Source: Selaginella moellendorffii
Lineage: Eukaryota > Plantae > Lycopodiophyta
Length of the DNA: 64,000 nt
Direction: 5' to 3'
NCBI RefSeq assembly: GCF_000143415.4
Contig: NW_003314266.1
Location: 952,463 to 1,016,462, forward strand
Made by a program: the position numbers and the translations under genes. The notes under the pieces were generated by a model. The model was given only the letters and a program-made list of their open reading frames with translations. It was not told where the DNA came from and searched no databases. Below are positions 1-12,963 of this stretch, piece by piece (within the stretch, counting starts at the first letter, position 1; each line of letters begins with the position of its first letter).

Positions 1-2
1 AC

Positions 3-2607
3 ACCACTACAACTGATGACAGAACATCTCTTCATGGGAAAAGAAAGTACACCTTCCTAAAGCGCAGCCAAAGGGATCTGAGCAACGAACCGAAAAGGCA
101 GAAAATGGCGATGGAGGTTCGAATGGTCTCGACAGTTGCTTGTTGCAAGAGGAGGTGCTGTCAACATGCTGATTGGGATGCTATTGAAGAGGAGAGAGCA
201 AGATACAAGACATTGTCCTGGAAGGCAGCTCGCAATTTTGTGTATGAGGCATTACGGTCATCTGTTGATGCTTCAGAACATCAGGTGGGGGGCATGGTCT
301 TCCAGAGGGGTTTGGTCTGCATGAAGGCATGGAGAATCATTTATGGAGTCCCTCGAACCACATTCTACAGAATCAAAACTGAGTTCGAAGAACAAAGGGT
401 TCAACAGGCAGTCCATGGGAACGACAGTACGCACAAAACCAGGGGTCATGTTGTATATGGAGAGGCAATCTTCAAGAGGTTTGTCGAGACATGTAGCGAG
501 CAGCAACCACATAAAACCCGCCTCTTGGAAGATGGAACACGAGACACCCAACGAGTTCTCCCTTCCATGTATACCAAGGGGGCCATATTGGAAGATGTGA
601 ATCGGGAACTCCAGAGTAATGGCTACCGGAAGCTGAGCCAATCTAGATTTAGTAGATTGTGGAGCAACAAGTTCAGGGATGTGAGTATAGGAAAGTACTC
701 CAGCTTTTCAAAGTGTGACAAGTGCACTGCTATCAAAATGGCTTTGTCGAAGAATTCTTGCAGCGCTCAAGAGCGAGAGACGTTGGTTAGAAGGCGGCTC
801 GACCACAACATCGAGCAGAGAAGCTGCAGGACTGCATATTATCATAACAGGATTCTCTCCATGGAGAGACCTGACTCTTACCTCTGCATCATCCACGACA
901 AAATGGACCAGAAAAAGACGTGCTTACCTCGACTCAATCCTGCCCCCAAGGCAATCTCTTCATCCATGCAGCTGCCTGTGTCTATGTTTGGCATAATCAC
1001 TCATGGGCATAGTGCCCAGAACTATGGGAACTTCTTTGTACCTCTATGGGGTGGTGGGGGTGCAAACATGATGATTGCGTCCCTAGCAAAACATTTAAGG
1101 TCTCTGCAAAGTGCGCAGACTGAGCTGAACGGCCAACCCTTGCATAAGGCCCTTGTCGATCGAACCCCATACAGGGTTCAGCTGGAGGAGGAGCAAAGGC
1201 TTGCAGTATCGCGTGGGGCCCCATGCCATCCCAGTGAATATGTTGGCCGTCAGATTGTAGGGTTATCACGTGAGGCCTCATGCCATTCCGATGAGGTTGG
1301 TCGCTCAGTGAATGCACAGCCTCATCCAAACGAAGCAGAATCTCAAGGAAGTTCTTGCGGCCGATGTGGCCTTCCACCCCATCTTCTGCTCCAAACAGAC
1401 AATGCTGGCAGTGAGAACAAAAACATGTACGTCTTCGCGTACTTGGCGATGCTTGTTGCCAAAGGCATATTTGAAACGGTTACACTTGGCTTTCTCATGG
1501 TTGGGCACACTCATGAAGACATCGATGCCATGTTCAGTCACCTGGCAGAGTCCCTCTGGCGATCCAATGTCCTCACCCTCCCACAACTCTACGATGAATT
1601 CCAAAATTGCATCAAAGGCACTGTTGAAGCTGCACTTCTGACAGAGGTTCCAGACTTTAAGGGGTTTGTAAGAGGCTACATCAGGGACGGATCCGAAACG
1701 CTGATTGGCCACTCCAAGCCTCTTCAGTTTCATTTCAGCATGTGTGACGGTGCTCCAGTGATGAGGTACAAGATGAGAGAATGGGACACAGTGTGGCTGC
1801 CAGTGGACGGCATTGAACTCTTCAAGAGAGATCCCATAACTGGGGAACCTATGATTCCTCAGGGTTCCCCACGGCCGATGCACCCGGATGGACTCAAAGA
1901 CCAGAAAAGTATAGTGGCCGGGATTAGACAGCATATTGCCTTCTGGAAGAGGGGGTTGGTGTTTGGTGGAGAATCCTATTTTCAGAGGTGCAAGCCTTTG
2001 CTCGAATACTGGGAGAAGATTATATCTGCTATCCAAAATGGGCCGGTTGTATATGAAGAATTGGAAGAGTCCTTTTGGCCAGAACCCAGAGCACCAGATA
2101 GTAGCGGAACAATGTCCTCTGGAAATGCAGTGACAGATAACGATGTTGAGGATCACTATTGTGGGCCGAGGAACAAGAAGCCGGATTCAGCATTCAATCC
2201 AATACAGGTCTGCAAAGGAATGGTCGTGCTTGTTAGACCCAGTAATAAAAAACAAATGATATGGGTGGGGCGCTGCATCACTGATGCAGAGGAGGACGCG
2301 GAAACTAACTCCTTCAATGTAACTATGGAGTGGTTCAAGCCAAGTTCCGGATATACAAAGGATTGCCTAGAAAAGAGATGGGTGCTGAATCCAAGGGATC
2401 CCAGCATGAGCATATCGGTGGATAATGTTGTGCATGGTTGGATGCGGAAGCAGAGTGCCACCATCACCTTGCCAGACCATGCAAGAGATGCAGCAAGAGC
2501 ATTCATAACCCGGGTTCAAGGTGAAATTCATTAATATTCCTTTACTAAGTTTCTAATGTATTTTATTTCAAGGTGAACAATCCGAATCTGAATCAGAGGA
2601 GGCCTGA
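3..2607 (+). CDS. DDD-type (Sola-like) transposase, open from the window edge; probable last intron 2521-2572 and mini-exon 2573-2607
   Basis: 809-aa ORF, open upstream of 105. Motifs FSKCDKC..H, IIHDKMDQ (D1), LLLQTDNAGSENKN (D2), FLMVGHTHEDIDAMFS (D3). The GT..AG intron leaves GEQSESESEEA* in frame. Confidence 0.8.
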
Positions 2608-3719
2608 TATAGTGTGTGAGGTAAAACAAAGATGATGTGACATATGCATTTACCAATCACACGTGCATAAATCTAATAATATGGCGTGTGGCCCATATTA
2701 ATGGCACATAAACCCATATTGTGGGCTTACGTACTTTATGTACCATCATTCCCTTGCAGCGTGTGTGTTGGTTTCCTTTTATAACACAACGAACTCCATA
2801 TTTTAGGGTGAAGAGCGTTCTCATGGCAAGCACAAAATCTGTAAGTGAGGCAGAAAAGGAGACGGAGAAGGAGATAGGTGAAGATGTAGAATATATAAGT
2901 CTTCCAAACTCCCCGTACTATACTCTAGGTGATCATTTTTCTGAACAAACGGCAACATTAACAACTATCGAGAACACCCCAGTAACGTCAGAGACAACAA
3001 TCCAAAGCAAAACAACTGACCCGGAGAAGGATGATAGTACCACTGAGAGTACCAAAAAGGAGGTGTCCACTAGCGCTTAGGCTTATAATGGCGTGTGCCC
3101 TCATGCCATTTACTTGATCACCAAATACCTTTTTCCCTTTGCACTAGTATATCTTAATACCGGTCTGAGAAATAGAATGGCATGTGCCCTCAGGCCTTTT
3201 ACTAAATCACCTTTGAAAGAAATGCAAGCCTCTATGTCGTAAAAAAAAGGTACTAGAGAAATTCCTTAATAATATGAATGTTATTTAGTTTCATGAAAAT
3301 ACACTAAGGGTGGTCAAATGAGTTAAATGACTTCTCCAGACTAGCAATGCCTCTTGCTACACCTTCACAATTAGATTCGTTAGAAAAATATAACATTGAA
3401 TAATATCTAAATGTTCTCACCATTAAGTGATATGTCTGGCTAATAGGAATGACGTTCATCTTGGAAAGCTCACCACACGCTCAATGAACAAACAAATAGT
3501 GTGTGCGCGCATGCCATCGCTCTTCTTTAGCTTCAGATTCGGCTTGTTCACCTTGACAATGAGATTTATTATACAACCAGATGGACTCAGTCTGGACATA
3601 AAGTCACCGCGCTAGTCACCATGCCCCAGATATGTCTAGCCCATGGACAAAAAACATATAATTTCACGTCATTTTCAAATACTTGAAAATTTGTACCTAG
3701 TCCCATTTTACTGAATAAA

Positions 3720-3743
3720 TCCCACTTTAACGAAATAGAGCAT
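3720..3743. repeat. Terminal inverted repeat of copy A
   Basis: 23/24 match to the TIRs at 20152-20175 and 32945-32968. Confidence 0.88.
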
Positions 3744-6326
3744 ACTTCCATCTTGTGGAAAACATTCTTGATGAAAGGCTCATATTTTATATTGCATAAC
3801 TGGAAAATTATCTCTCATAGAAAAGTGAAATTATAATTGTTTAGAACGTCCTTGAAGCTCATTTGCACCATCATTAATATAACCATTTACAAAACTTTTA
3901 AAATCTAGCACTTCTATTATGAGATATCCTTCAAGCCCATTAGAAATACAATTTTGCAATTGATGTAACATATGTGGGAATGTAAAACATGTTTGATGCC
4001 GAAGTGAATCTGAAACATGACTGAACAAAGCATCAACATCCTCATACATATGTCCCACTATTAGAAAATTAATAGTGATTGTATCGAAACATCCACGAGC
4101 CACAAGTAGGGATAAATATACAAATAACCATCGATTTTTATTTTCTGATCCACAATTATCAAGTTGTAATAAAAGATTTGGTGGCAAACTTGGTGCATTA
4201 GTAATTGTAACTGTTGAAGGAGTGCATGAGATCTCATGCACTTTTAAATTTAAAGCTAAAGTCAAAGTATTTAGACTATTTAGAGTTTTAGACTCTTCTT
4301 GAAGTTGATGACTAATAAATGCTTCATTATCAAGCAAAACATTATGCAACTCTTGCCCTTTTATAATTATTCCTTTTTCTCTATGTTGTGAATGTAGTAA
4401 AATCTTTGATAATGAACCAATTGTTAAATTTCGATCACTAGGCCATTGTGGAACAAAAAAACACCTATATGCACCAGATCTATGACCATGTGCTAATAGT
4501 CTAAAGAGTGATAAAGGAAGAGGATATGCTTGACTGCAATTTTGATATAGGCTCAAGCCTTGGTAAAGATGTTTTTCTATGATCCATCTTATTATGTATA
4601 ATAGATAAGTATTTGTGCAGTTGTTGTGTTGATAAAATATGATTAACATAACAAGCTGTCCTACAACTTTTTTGGTCAAGCATATGATTATCTCATTTAA
4701 TAGCATAATCTTTTTTTTCATGCTCTGATTTTGCAGCTTGTAAACCTTTCTTTATAAGCTGACACTCATTGCATTTAGAAAAGCTAGTATTCTTTACAAT
4801 GATCACATCTGGATGTGATTTATAAATTTTGTTAAAAGTTGAAAGACTTACAGTCTTTAGCCCTTGTGTAAGAAGTTCTTCATTTAATTGCTTAAGTATT
4901 GAATTTTGGGTGATCATGGTTCCTTTTGAGTATCTTGAATCCCTTCAAGTGTTATCCTTAATTTATGGGGCCTTTTATCACTATTAACATCCATAAATGT
5001 TCAAAATAATTCTTGTAATGCCATTGTGTTTTGTCAGGATTTATCTTGACCTAAGTTGCAGAACCATTCCACTTGTTTTTAACTTGATAAAATGTGGATT
5101 TACTAAAATCATGTTCAATATACCATGCTTGAGCACATATAATACGTCCATTAAAAACCATATCAAAATCTTTATCAAAGTTTTCTGAACGTATTATAGC
5201 ATGTGAAAGAGCTTTGAAAATAAACTCTCGATGATCTTTCCAACATGAATTCCATATTGAGCTTCTTGCATTAAAAATTTCATCTCTTCTTACAACTTGA
5301 CAACACCTGATAATAGTCATTATTTATAAACTGTAATATTATAATATTATATGTGTTTATTATATACCTTCGAGAGCAGCAATCAAGAGTAGAGACTTTT
5401 CTTATAGTTAGCTCAGCTAGCGATTGTTGCTTATGTTTAGGAGCTGGACCCTCAACTTTAAATTTCTTTTGAGATTTATTAATAAAATCTATATTTTATT
5501 TTTATATTTGATGATTCTTCAGATGATGGTTCCTTTTCTTCTCCAAGAATGTAATATTTGAAAGTGGCCAACGAACTAATTGTCCACAACTTAATATCAC
5601 AGATTGTAATATCTGAGTAATAACAACTCCCAAGTCAAAGTGACCAAGTTCACAGCCACTAACTGCATCACTTGGATCTGCTGATATAATTATCCCTGAA
5701 GCAATATGTGAACCATTGTGGGAAAGTTGAACAGGAACACCAATCCATGTTTTTCTAAGCCCACATTGGAAGCACACTTTTTTATAAGAAGCTGAAATGT
5801 CCAAATATAATTATTATAAATATTAAAATATAAGGTACTTACTTGGCCACAAAATATGATGCCCAACTTCTATGTTCTTTATAGTATTATTGACAAATAC
5901 CTTTGTGATTGAAACATAAGCTTTATGTTCTCCAAGCAATTCATTATGAAACACTTTGTTACTATCCAATAAATAATAACAGATTCTACAATTTTAGTGT
6001 TGTCTACTAAAATATTGCATTTATCACCCTCTTTTCAAAAATCTATTAAAAACACTTTAATAATTAAAATTGTTATTCTTTTTTATCAACCCTTTCTGTG
6101 GGTTTGAACTTGAAGTGATTATAATGGCCATGATATAAAGCTTCCAAAGTTCTAAATCATTTACCAATCCATCAATTAAAAGTTTCTTTATAGAAACATA
6201 AACATTTCCTTCACCAATTGGTAAATTATGGACAATTCTTCTACTATCCATTGAGATAATAACACCTTCTGCTATTGTAACATCCCCTTTAAGTATGTTA
6301 CATTTGTCTCCCTCATTCAAAGCCAC
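3744..6326 (-). pseudogene. Decayed Sola-like transposase, interrupted by copy A
   Basis: Fragments FSKCNEC, SIIHNKMDHRKT, LLLQLDNCGSENKN, LIVGHMYEDVDALFS and FHFSMRDNFPVMQYK are collinear with the copy A protein, with many stops and frameshifts. Confidence 0.88.
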
Positions 6327-7405
6327 AGTGATTCAAAAAACTTATGTAGTTTGTGGTTTAGTTATAATAATATTTGCTCAAAATAAGCTCAGATCAGCTC
6401 ATGAATATTCACACACAATCATCATATTAATTCAAGTGTATAAGCATTCTTCAATAATAATTTCAAGCTATAACACAATAAAATCCATCCAATTAAAAAA
6501 GTGAATAAGTGCTAGTGCATGGGCACTCATGGTAATTAAAGTTAAAGTGCATGAGCACTCATGCGCACAAATGGAATGACTAAATACATACATCACATTT
6601 TATGTCGTTTGCTATTAGGGAAACATACACATTATCTATGTAGTTTAGTATTATATGAAATAGGATAATTAACACAATAAAGTATGTAGTTTGGTATGAT
6701 AATAAAGTTCATAAAATGCACGTGGTATTTAAAGTTAACAGTGCATGAGCACTCACGCACACAAATGGAATGTAAGCTCACATGATGACATTTTATGGAG
6801 TTTACTATTGGGATTGCATGACATGCCGAACTACGTAAGCACTCATAAAAGCCTCTAATTTTACACACTAAAAAACGTAACTGCATGAGACAAGTGCGTG
6901 AGGCTGGTGCATGTGGGGAACATGGGCAAGAATGAGAGAATGTGAGAGGCCCAAGACTGACAGTTGAATAGGGTTGGGAAAGAGAGAGAGATTGCTCCTC
7001 AGCAAACAGGGGAAAACCTAAAAACCAATATCCGTCTTTTGTGGAATTAGGGTACACAACTCCATTGTGTCACTCCTCCATCAAGAATATTTCTGGTGTT
7101 GTGCCTCTGGGAGCGTGTTCTCGCTGCCTCCCGCTCGCCGATATCATACAGGTACCGCATTTGCTTTAGGGGCCACAGAATCGGCTGGAAATGACACTGC
7201 TCACACTACGATTCATGGGCGCAGCCAGGAGTTTGATCTGGGACGGAGGTGGTGGATATGAGACATGCAAGCCTGTCCCTTTGGAGAACAGGGTCAACAA
7301 GTGGAAAGGTGCTCCACTCTCGCTCAAGACCATCTAAACAATCCAGCAGCAACAGCTTTGACGACTGGCTTCTTTATCCTTGGATGGATGAAGGAGACCA
7401 TTGGG

Positions 7406-7407
<2 letters not shown>

Positions 7408-7438
<31 letters not shown>
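7408..7438. repeat. (CT)n microsatellite
   Basis: Run of ct dinucleotides, downstream of the TLP18.3 fragment. Confidence 0.9.
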
Positions 7439-7441
<3 letters not shown>

Positions 7442-7691
7442 ATTCCTCTCTCGTATACAATTGCTTATAAGCGATGGAATTCTCGCAAGTAGCCCCTGCT
7501 GAAGCCCATACCTATAGCATGCTCACATACGTGATGGTTTTGGAGAGACCACTCAGAGTTCAGCTTCTAAAAGTTCCTCTCCTCAAGGTACAAGGAGAAA
7601 GTTAAAGAGATAGAAACTATAGCATGGTTGATCATACTATCGAACAAGGAGAAATTGAAAGAGATAGAAACTATAGGTCGCTCATGATTGA

Positions 7692-8794
7692 TCACTTCCT
7701 TACGTAGGCAAAGTATTGGAGCATAGGAACCACGAAGGCGATGACGAGAAGGCCCACAACCACTGTCGTGAACTGGCCACGCCTTTCCTTGGTCGCTTTC
7801 TTGGTCTTGAAATTGGATTTGCGTTTGTTCTCCTGGAACTTGGGGCCTGGATCTGGCAGCCCGTCTATGGTGGCGATCAGACGATTGCAAGTGCTGTAGA
7901 GGGCTTTGTTATACTTCTCGTCGGTCGCCAGCACTGGAAGGAGGCCAAGAGAGTGATTAGAAATAAGAACATGAAAAGAATACTGACTAGAAACATCTCT
8001 AGATGTTAAGAAACAGTAGTTCAATCTAGCTATCAAACTGACTAGAAACCGCTATGACTTTGATCTAGAAAAACCATAGAGGAGAAGGATTTGCTAGCTT
8101 GAAGGAGAAGTATAACGAGCTGAGAGGAGTGATATGATCTAGAGACTTGAAAGAATTCATACCAGGAAGGTTTTCGGAGACAACGGCTTCGAGGACCTGG
8201 TCACCAATTGCCTTGGTGAACTCTGGGCCGCCGGTGACAGTTCCTTCTTTCTGTGTTGTCACGCGTAAAACGAGTCCTTTGTTGTTGCCAAATTCTACAG
8301 TAGGGTACCACTTCTCCAGTAGCTGATCTGCAAATTCGAACGCATCGGCTTTACTCTACACGCACACTGTTTGTAAGTTAGTCTCCGTTCCAAGAAAATG
8401 GCATTCAATCAAAGGAGAGATGAAAGAAACAAGGCGATGCATGAATCAGGATCATGAAAAAATCACAGGCACAATCTAGAAGAACAAAAACTATCTAAAG
8501 GATCATCATGGAACACATTGCCTCATTTCACACAAACCACTCAAGAGCAATCATCTAGCAGAGAAAACACAAGAACAAAAAATAGACAATACGGAAGGAT
8601 GGAAGTGAACTTACCATCAATTTGTGAAGAGTGACAATGTCGATGTGAAAACCCTTGCGCTCCTCCAAATCCATGAGAAGATTCTTGATATCCGACTTGT
8701 TGACACAGCTCACAACACCGGCATCGTCCACGAGATGGCTCTCCGTGGGAGGTCCATTGGCCAGCACGCTGAATTCGTTCGCATTTGCCGGAAT
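7692..8794 (-). pseudogene. TLP18.3: 5'-truncated thylakoid lumen protein TLP18.3/Psb32 (TPM domain) gene copy; exons ~8794-8615, 8355-8163, 7933-7692
   Basis: The spliced product NEFSVLANGPP..VDDAGVVS..KLM|SKADAFEFADQLLEKWYPTVEFGNNKG..TQKEGTVTGGPEF..VSENLP|VLATDEKYN..SNFKTK..RGQF..LLVIAFVVPMLQYFAYVRK closely resembles plant TLP18.3. Canonical GT-AG introns; transit peptide missing. Confidence 0.85.
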
Positions 8795-9644
8795 TGTCTC
8801 CTTGAGATTGTTCAAAACTTTCAGGTCTGCTTCTCCAGTACTATTTTGTATTTCATTCTTACTAGGTGCAAGAAACACGTTGGTCCAACAGCGCTACATG
8901 ACAAGCAGCCTGGACCCTGGAGCCTTTGTTGCCCCAGCAGAGCTAGCACCACCAGCGCATTGCCATCTTTTGAGAGCTCCTGTGTTTACTACCCTGCCCT
9001 GGCGTTGTGGAGCTGTCTCTTTTGTGGCATCTGGGAATGTTGTGGCCACAGCACCTGGGCAACTTCTGGAGCTCTTTTTCTTGATTTTGGTTTCTTTCTT
9101 GGGCAGGTCTGAACTTAGTTTTTTTTATTCTTCCCTTTTAACGTTCTCTTCTGCAGTTCTCGTGGTTCTCCTCATGGTTCTCCTTGTGGTTCTTTGGGGT
9201 TTTCTTCTTGAGAGAAGGTACAAAATATTTTTAGGACATTCTATCATTTTGTCAGCAAGCATAAAAAAAGACTTATGCTGAACACAGAATATTTCTAGAA
9301 TACTCCATGCAATTGCATTTTGGCAGTGTGAGCACTCATGCATACACTGCACATAGAATATTTCTAATATTCCATCATGCAATTGTCTATGTGGGGTAAT
9401 AGTGCGTGAGGACTCACGCTCCCAGCCCATGCTAAAGTGCGCTACAGTTATGTTCTAATTGCATATATATAGTGTGTGAGTGCTCACGCTTTACTTGATT
9501 AAAGTGTAATATGGATAATAAACAATTGTAAGCTTTTGTAGTGTAATAGATGGGATAGTAAACCTTTTGTGGTGCGTGAGCACTCACATAGAACATCATT
9601 TCATTTATAGTAGATTTGTACTTATATATTTGTTGCTTTTACAG

Positions 9645-12600
9645 ATGTTTAGTCTCAAAGACATGAGAAGGAGAAGAGTTACTGTGGCAATGGCTAACCT
9701 ACTTAGTAATGACCCTTATATTGCAGTTGAAAAGGTTTCTTTAAGCAACAATTGTCTCTTTGAGATTTTTTCATTAGAATCAAAGGGCTATAAAGTGGGA
9801 GAAAAGATCATATGGAATGGACGGGCAGTTGTACCTAAGATTCCCCTCTTGGCAAGGAGGGTTCCAAAACTTCCAGAAGATTGTGATGACAGAGCAGAGG
9901 CAAAGTTGGTCAATTTGAGATGATGCTAGTGATCTCATCTTTTGTGGCGAGGAGCTAGACAATATAGACAAGCTGGTTGATAGAGAAATCCTGGCACTTT
10001 AATGGAGAGGCATTTCAATTTTTGATTGATGTTGAAGGTATTTCTAAGTGAGTGCCTCTTGATCCAAAAAACTTACAACTTAGCTGTGCTGAAGAGATGA
10101 TAGGATTAGATGCAATTAAGTTTTGGGATACTTTGTCAACAAGTGAGACTAAGCTTACAACATCATCAAAATCAAAATTTCTGAACAACTGGAGGGATAG
10201 CTTTAGAGGGAAGATTCTTAACCCTAACTGGTTTGCAAACTCTCACTAAAGGAAGCAGAAGCAGGATTCAGCAAAGTAAGAGTGGAACCAGTTTGAGTCA
10301 AAACTTGGAAATAAAGGTTTTTGGAAATGATTTTGAAGGTGAAGGTGTGGATAGTGCATCAGAAGATGAAATAGTAAAGAAGAAGAAAGGAAAGCAGGGC
10401 ATTAGTGAAAAGGCAACTACAATATTTTTAAAATATGCAATGCTTTAAAGATTGTAGAGATTGAGAAGCGATGCTCTTTGATAGAAAGTCCTAAGCTTGT
10501 GCACTTGCACATCTCGAAGTCTAAGGAGCATATCCAGAGGTTACTATGTGATCATTGGGTTCAAATCTTGAAGGAAAACATCAGTGCTAATCCACAAGAA
10601 CCTGATCCAGCTGTTGTGGTGCCTTTCAAGAGTTGTGACATATATTTCTAATTGAAGGGAGGTAAAATATGTCATTGTTTTTAAAGACTTTGAGCAAAAG
10701 AAAAGAAGGAAAGCTAACAAAGAAGACAATAAAAACAATGAAGATGATGATGAAGGCACAGAAGATGAAGGAAAGGATATAGATTCAGGAGAGGATGAAG
10801 AAGAGGATGGTGATGATGGCATATGTTATTATCTTGTTTCTAGGCAATACTCTACAGTAGCACTACAAAAGCTTTTTGAAGATGAGATCTTCCTTTCTAA
10901 GGTTCAGGAAGATCCTGAGCTGGACTTCATGTTTTGCTAGTGTAGATGCAGAGTGATAAGTGGCAAGGTTGCAACTAAAGATGACATTCTTTGTCTTTCA
11001 CTCAACTCAAACAAGGCACAAAAGGAAAATCTTGAAGTCTCTTTTTCCAAGCAGCTAGAACATACTAGAAAGGCATGGGTGAATGCTGGACGTCCAGAAA
11101 AATCTATAAGAGGAGGAGCTCATTGTGGAGAATGGAAGGTACAAACATATTATTATTATTATTATTACTAATTTTATAATTTGTTATAGGACATTGAGAA
11201 TGTGGTTAACATGATGTTTGGGGTTACTGACTCTATAACATCCACTGCCTCTTGAGAAGCTCAGAAGAAAATTTCAATATTTGGATCAAAGTTGTTTGTA
11301 AGGGAAAAGAAAGTACATTTTCTCTTAAGATAGCAAAGAAGATGCAACCAATTATTTCTTGGACAATGAATCTCCTTAAAGATGTTTGTGTCCTAGAAAA
11401 TGATGATTTGAAACTCTTAGGCCAGGAGATTCTGATGGGTAGATGTTCAATCAAGAAAATGGCAAGTAAAGAGCAAACAAAGAAGGTTTTGAGTATGAGT
11501 GAGTTGGGGTCAAAACTTCAGGACCAATGAATTTGATCAGTGAGATGATCAAGTTTTGTGCTGAGAAGTAGTTCAAGGGTATAATCACAAAGACCAGTAG
11601 AGAATCCTTTATAAAGACTATGAATATTTCAAATGAGGATTTGGATGACAAGGTTTATATAAACGCTCTTATGAATCAAACTTAAAAAAAACAACCCCTT
11701 CCAGCAGCACTTCAAAGTAAAGCTAATCCTAAGGGTGGATTGATTATAGAACTAGCACCTCTAGATATAGTTTTCAACATAGATAGTGATCAGAATGCTT
11801 GGCCTATATGGTTAGCACAAGAAGACAACACAATCAAGCTATTAATTATGGATTTAAGAGGAGATCAAGGATTGGCAAATTCAAAGGTGAAAGAATGATT
11901 GAAATGTCCTGTTGGAGTTGTCAGCAACAAGAATTACAATTGCAAAGTTTTGATTTTCTATGAACATAAACAAACATTGTTGGTGTTCAGCTTTCTTCAA
12001 AAGGTTGGGGTTAAAGACAAGTTCAAGATTAAATGCTTTTCTGATAAGGAAGCTGCAAAGGTCCTTATAGACATGGTGGTTAATTTTCACACTGAAGAAG
12101 AGATCCATGACAACTCCACATTAGAAGACGAGGATCTTATTTTTGGAAAAAGGAGTTTTAACATTCCAAATGATTAAAAAGGAACAAGGCATTTTGGTGG
12201 AACTTTGCAGTTAGAAGTTTCTCAGTATATAGTTGAAAAGGTTCCTGAGGCTTGTATCTTGGAGTATGGGTGCCATGTAATTCTACAAGTTGCAAGGCTC
12301 TCAGGTTATCAAAGTATTGGGGTCATATCAAGTTTGGAGGAAAACTTGCAAAAAAAAGTTGAGATGCTTAAGAAATTTAGCCTTTGTCCTCTTATTTCAA
12401 AGGCAGCTCCATAAAAGCAGAAATTAGAAGAAGAGTGAGCAACTTCATCTCAAGCAGCAAGTAAGTAGAGGTTGAAACCTAGGCTCAAAGGTGGCAATTT
12501 TAAGTTCTTAGCTAAAACAGCAAGTTGAGGAGAAAGGAAAGAAGGGTAAGTCCTTCTGATAATTATTATGGGAGTTTATAATACATTTTAAATATAGATC

Positions 12601-12900
12601 ATGAGCCTAAATAAGATATTTGAAAAATGACAAAAGAGAGTACATGATATAGGTAAGTAATTTTTATAATTTTTATGGGAGGTTATAATACATTTTAAAT
12701 ACAGATCATGAGCCTAACTCTATTGCAAATGAGGTATTTAAAAAACAACAAAAGAGAGTACATGATAAAAGTAAGAAATTCTTATAATTATTATGGGAGG
12801 TTATAATACATTTTAAATACAAATTATGAACCTACTCTACTGCAAATTAGGTATTTGAAAAATGACAAAAGAAAGTACAATAAATCAGGTGGAACATCTA
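9645..12900 (+). pseudogene. Decayed homologue of the ParB-like/MTase-like gene of copy B
   Basis: YYLVSRQYSTVAL ~ FYAVSGQHSSLAM; QLEHTRKAWVNAGRPEK ~ TLARTRKLWVQLKKPQK, followed by an intron at the same position; ACILEYGCHVILQVARLSGYQSIGV ~ KCVVEYNCGGLFFRAALLKGVPCVAV. Confidence 0.7.
12560..12880 (+). repeat. Three tandem ~110-120 bp units
   Basis: ataatt(a/t)ttatgggag(t/g)ttataatacattttaaata..atcatgagccta..tatttgaaaaatgacaaaagagagtac occurs three times. Confidence 0.8.
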
Positions 12901-12963
12901 GAGCTTCTGTTAAGCAATTACAAACTACTAGAAGAATTAACTCCCAGAAAACCACCAATAAAG

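Larger units (their letters stand above)
1..3743 (+). mobile_element. Sola-like DNA transposon, copy A (rest of the element lies upstream of the window)
   Basis: Near-identical reverse complement of 20152-~23550. Ends in TIR tcccactttaacgaaatagagcat (3720-3743), after which an unrelated decayed transposase sequence resumes. Confidence 0.88.
3744..12963. mobile_element. Older, diverged AT-rich member of the same transposon family (ends not resolved; probably continues after 33311)
   Basis: Same divergent layout as copy B: minus-strand transposase remnant, plus-strand remnant of the ParB-like gene, and family-type palindromes. Confidence 0.72.

Noticed and set aside
2721-3080. Ser/Thr/Glu-rich ORF downstream of the transposase (also 20815-21087)
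   Set aside because: Low complexity, and conserved only because the two copies are nearly identical; may be an exon but is unsupported.
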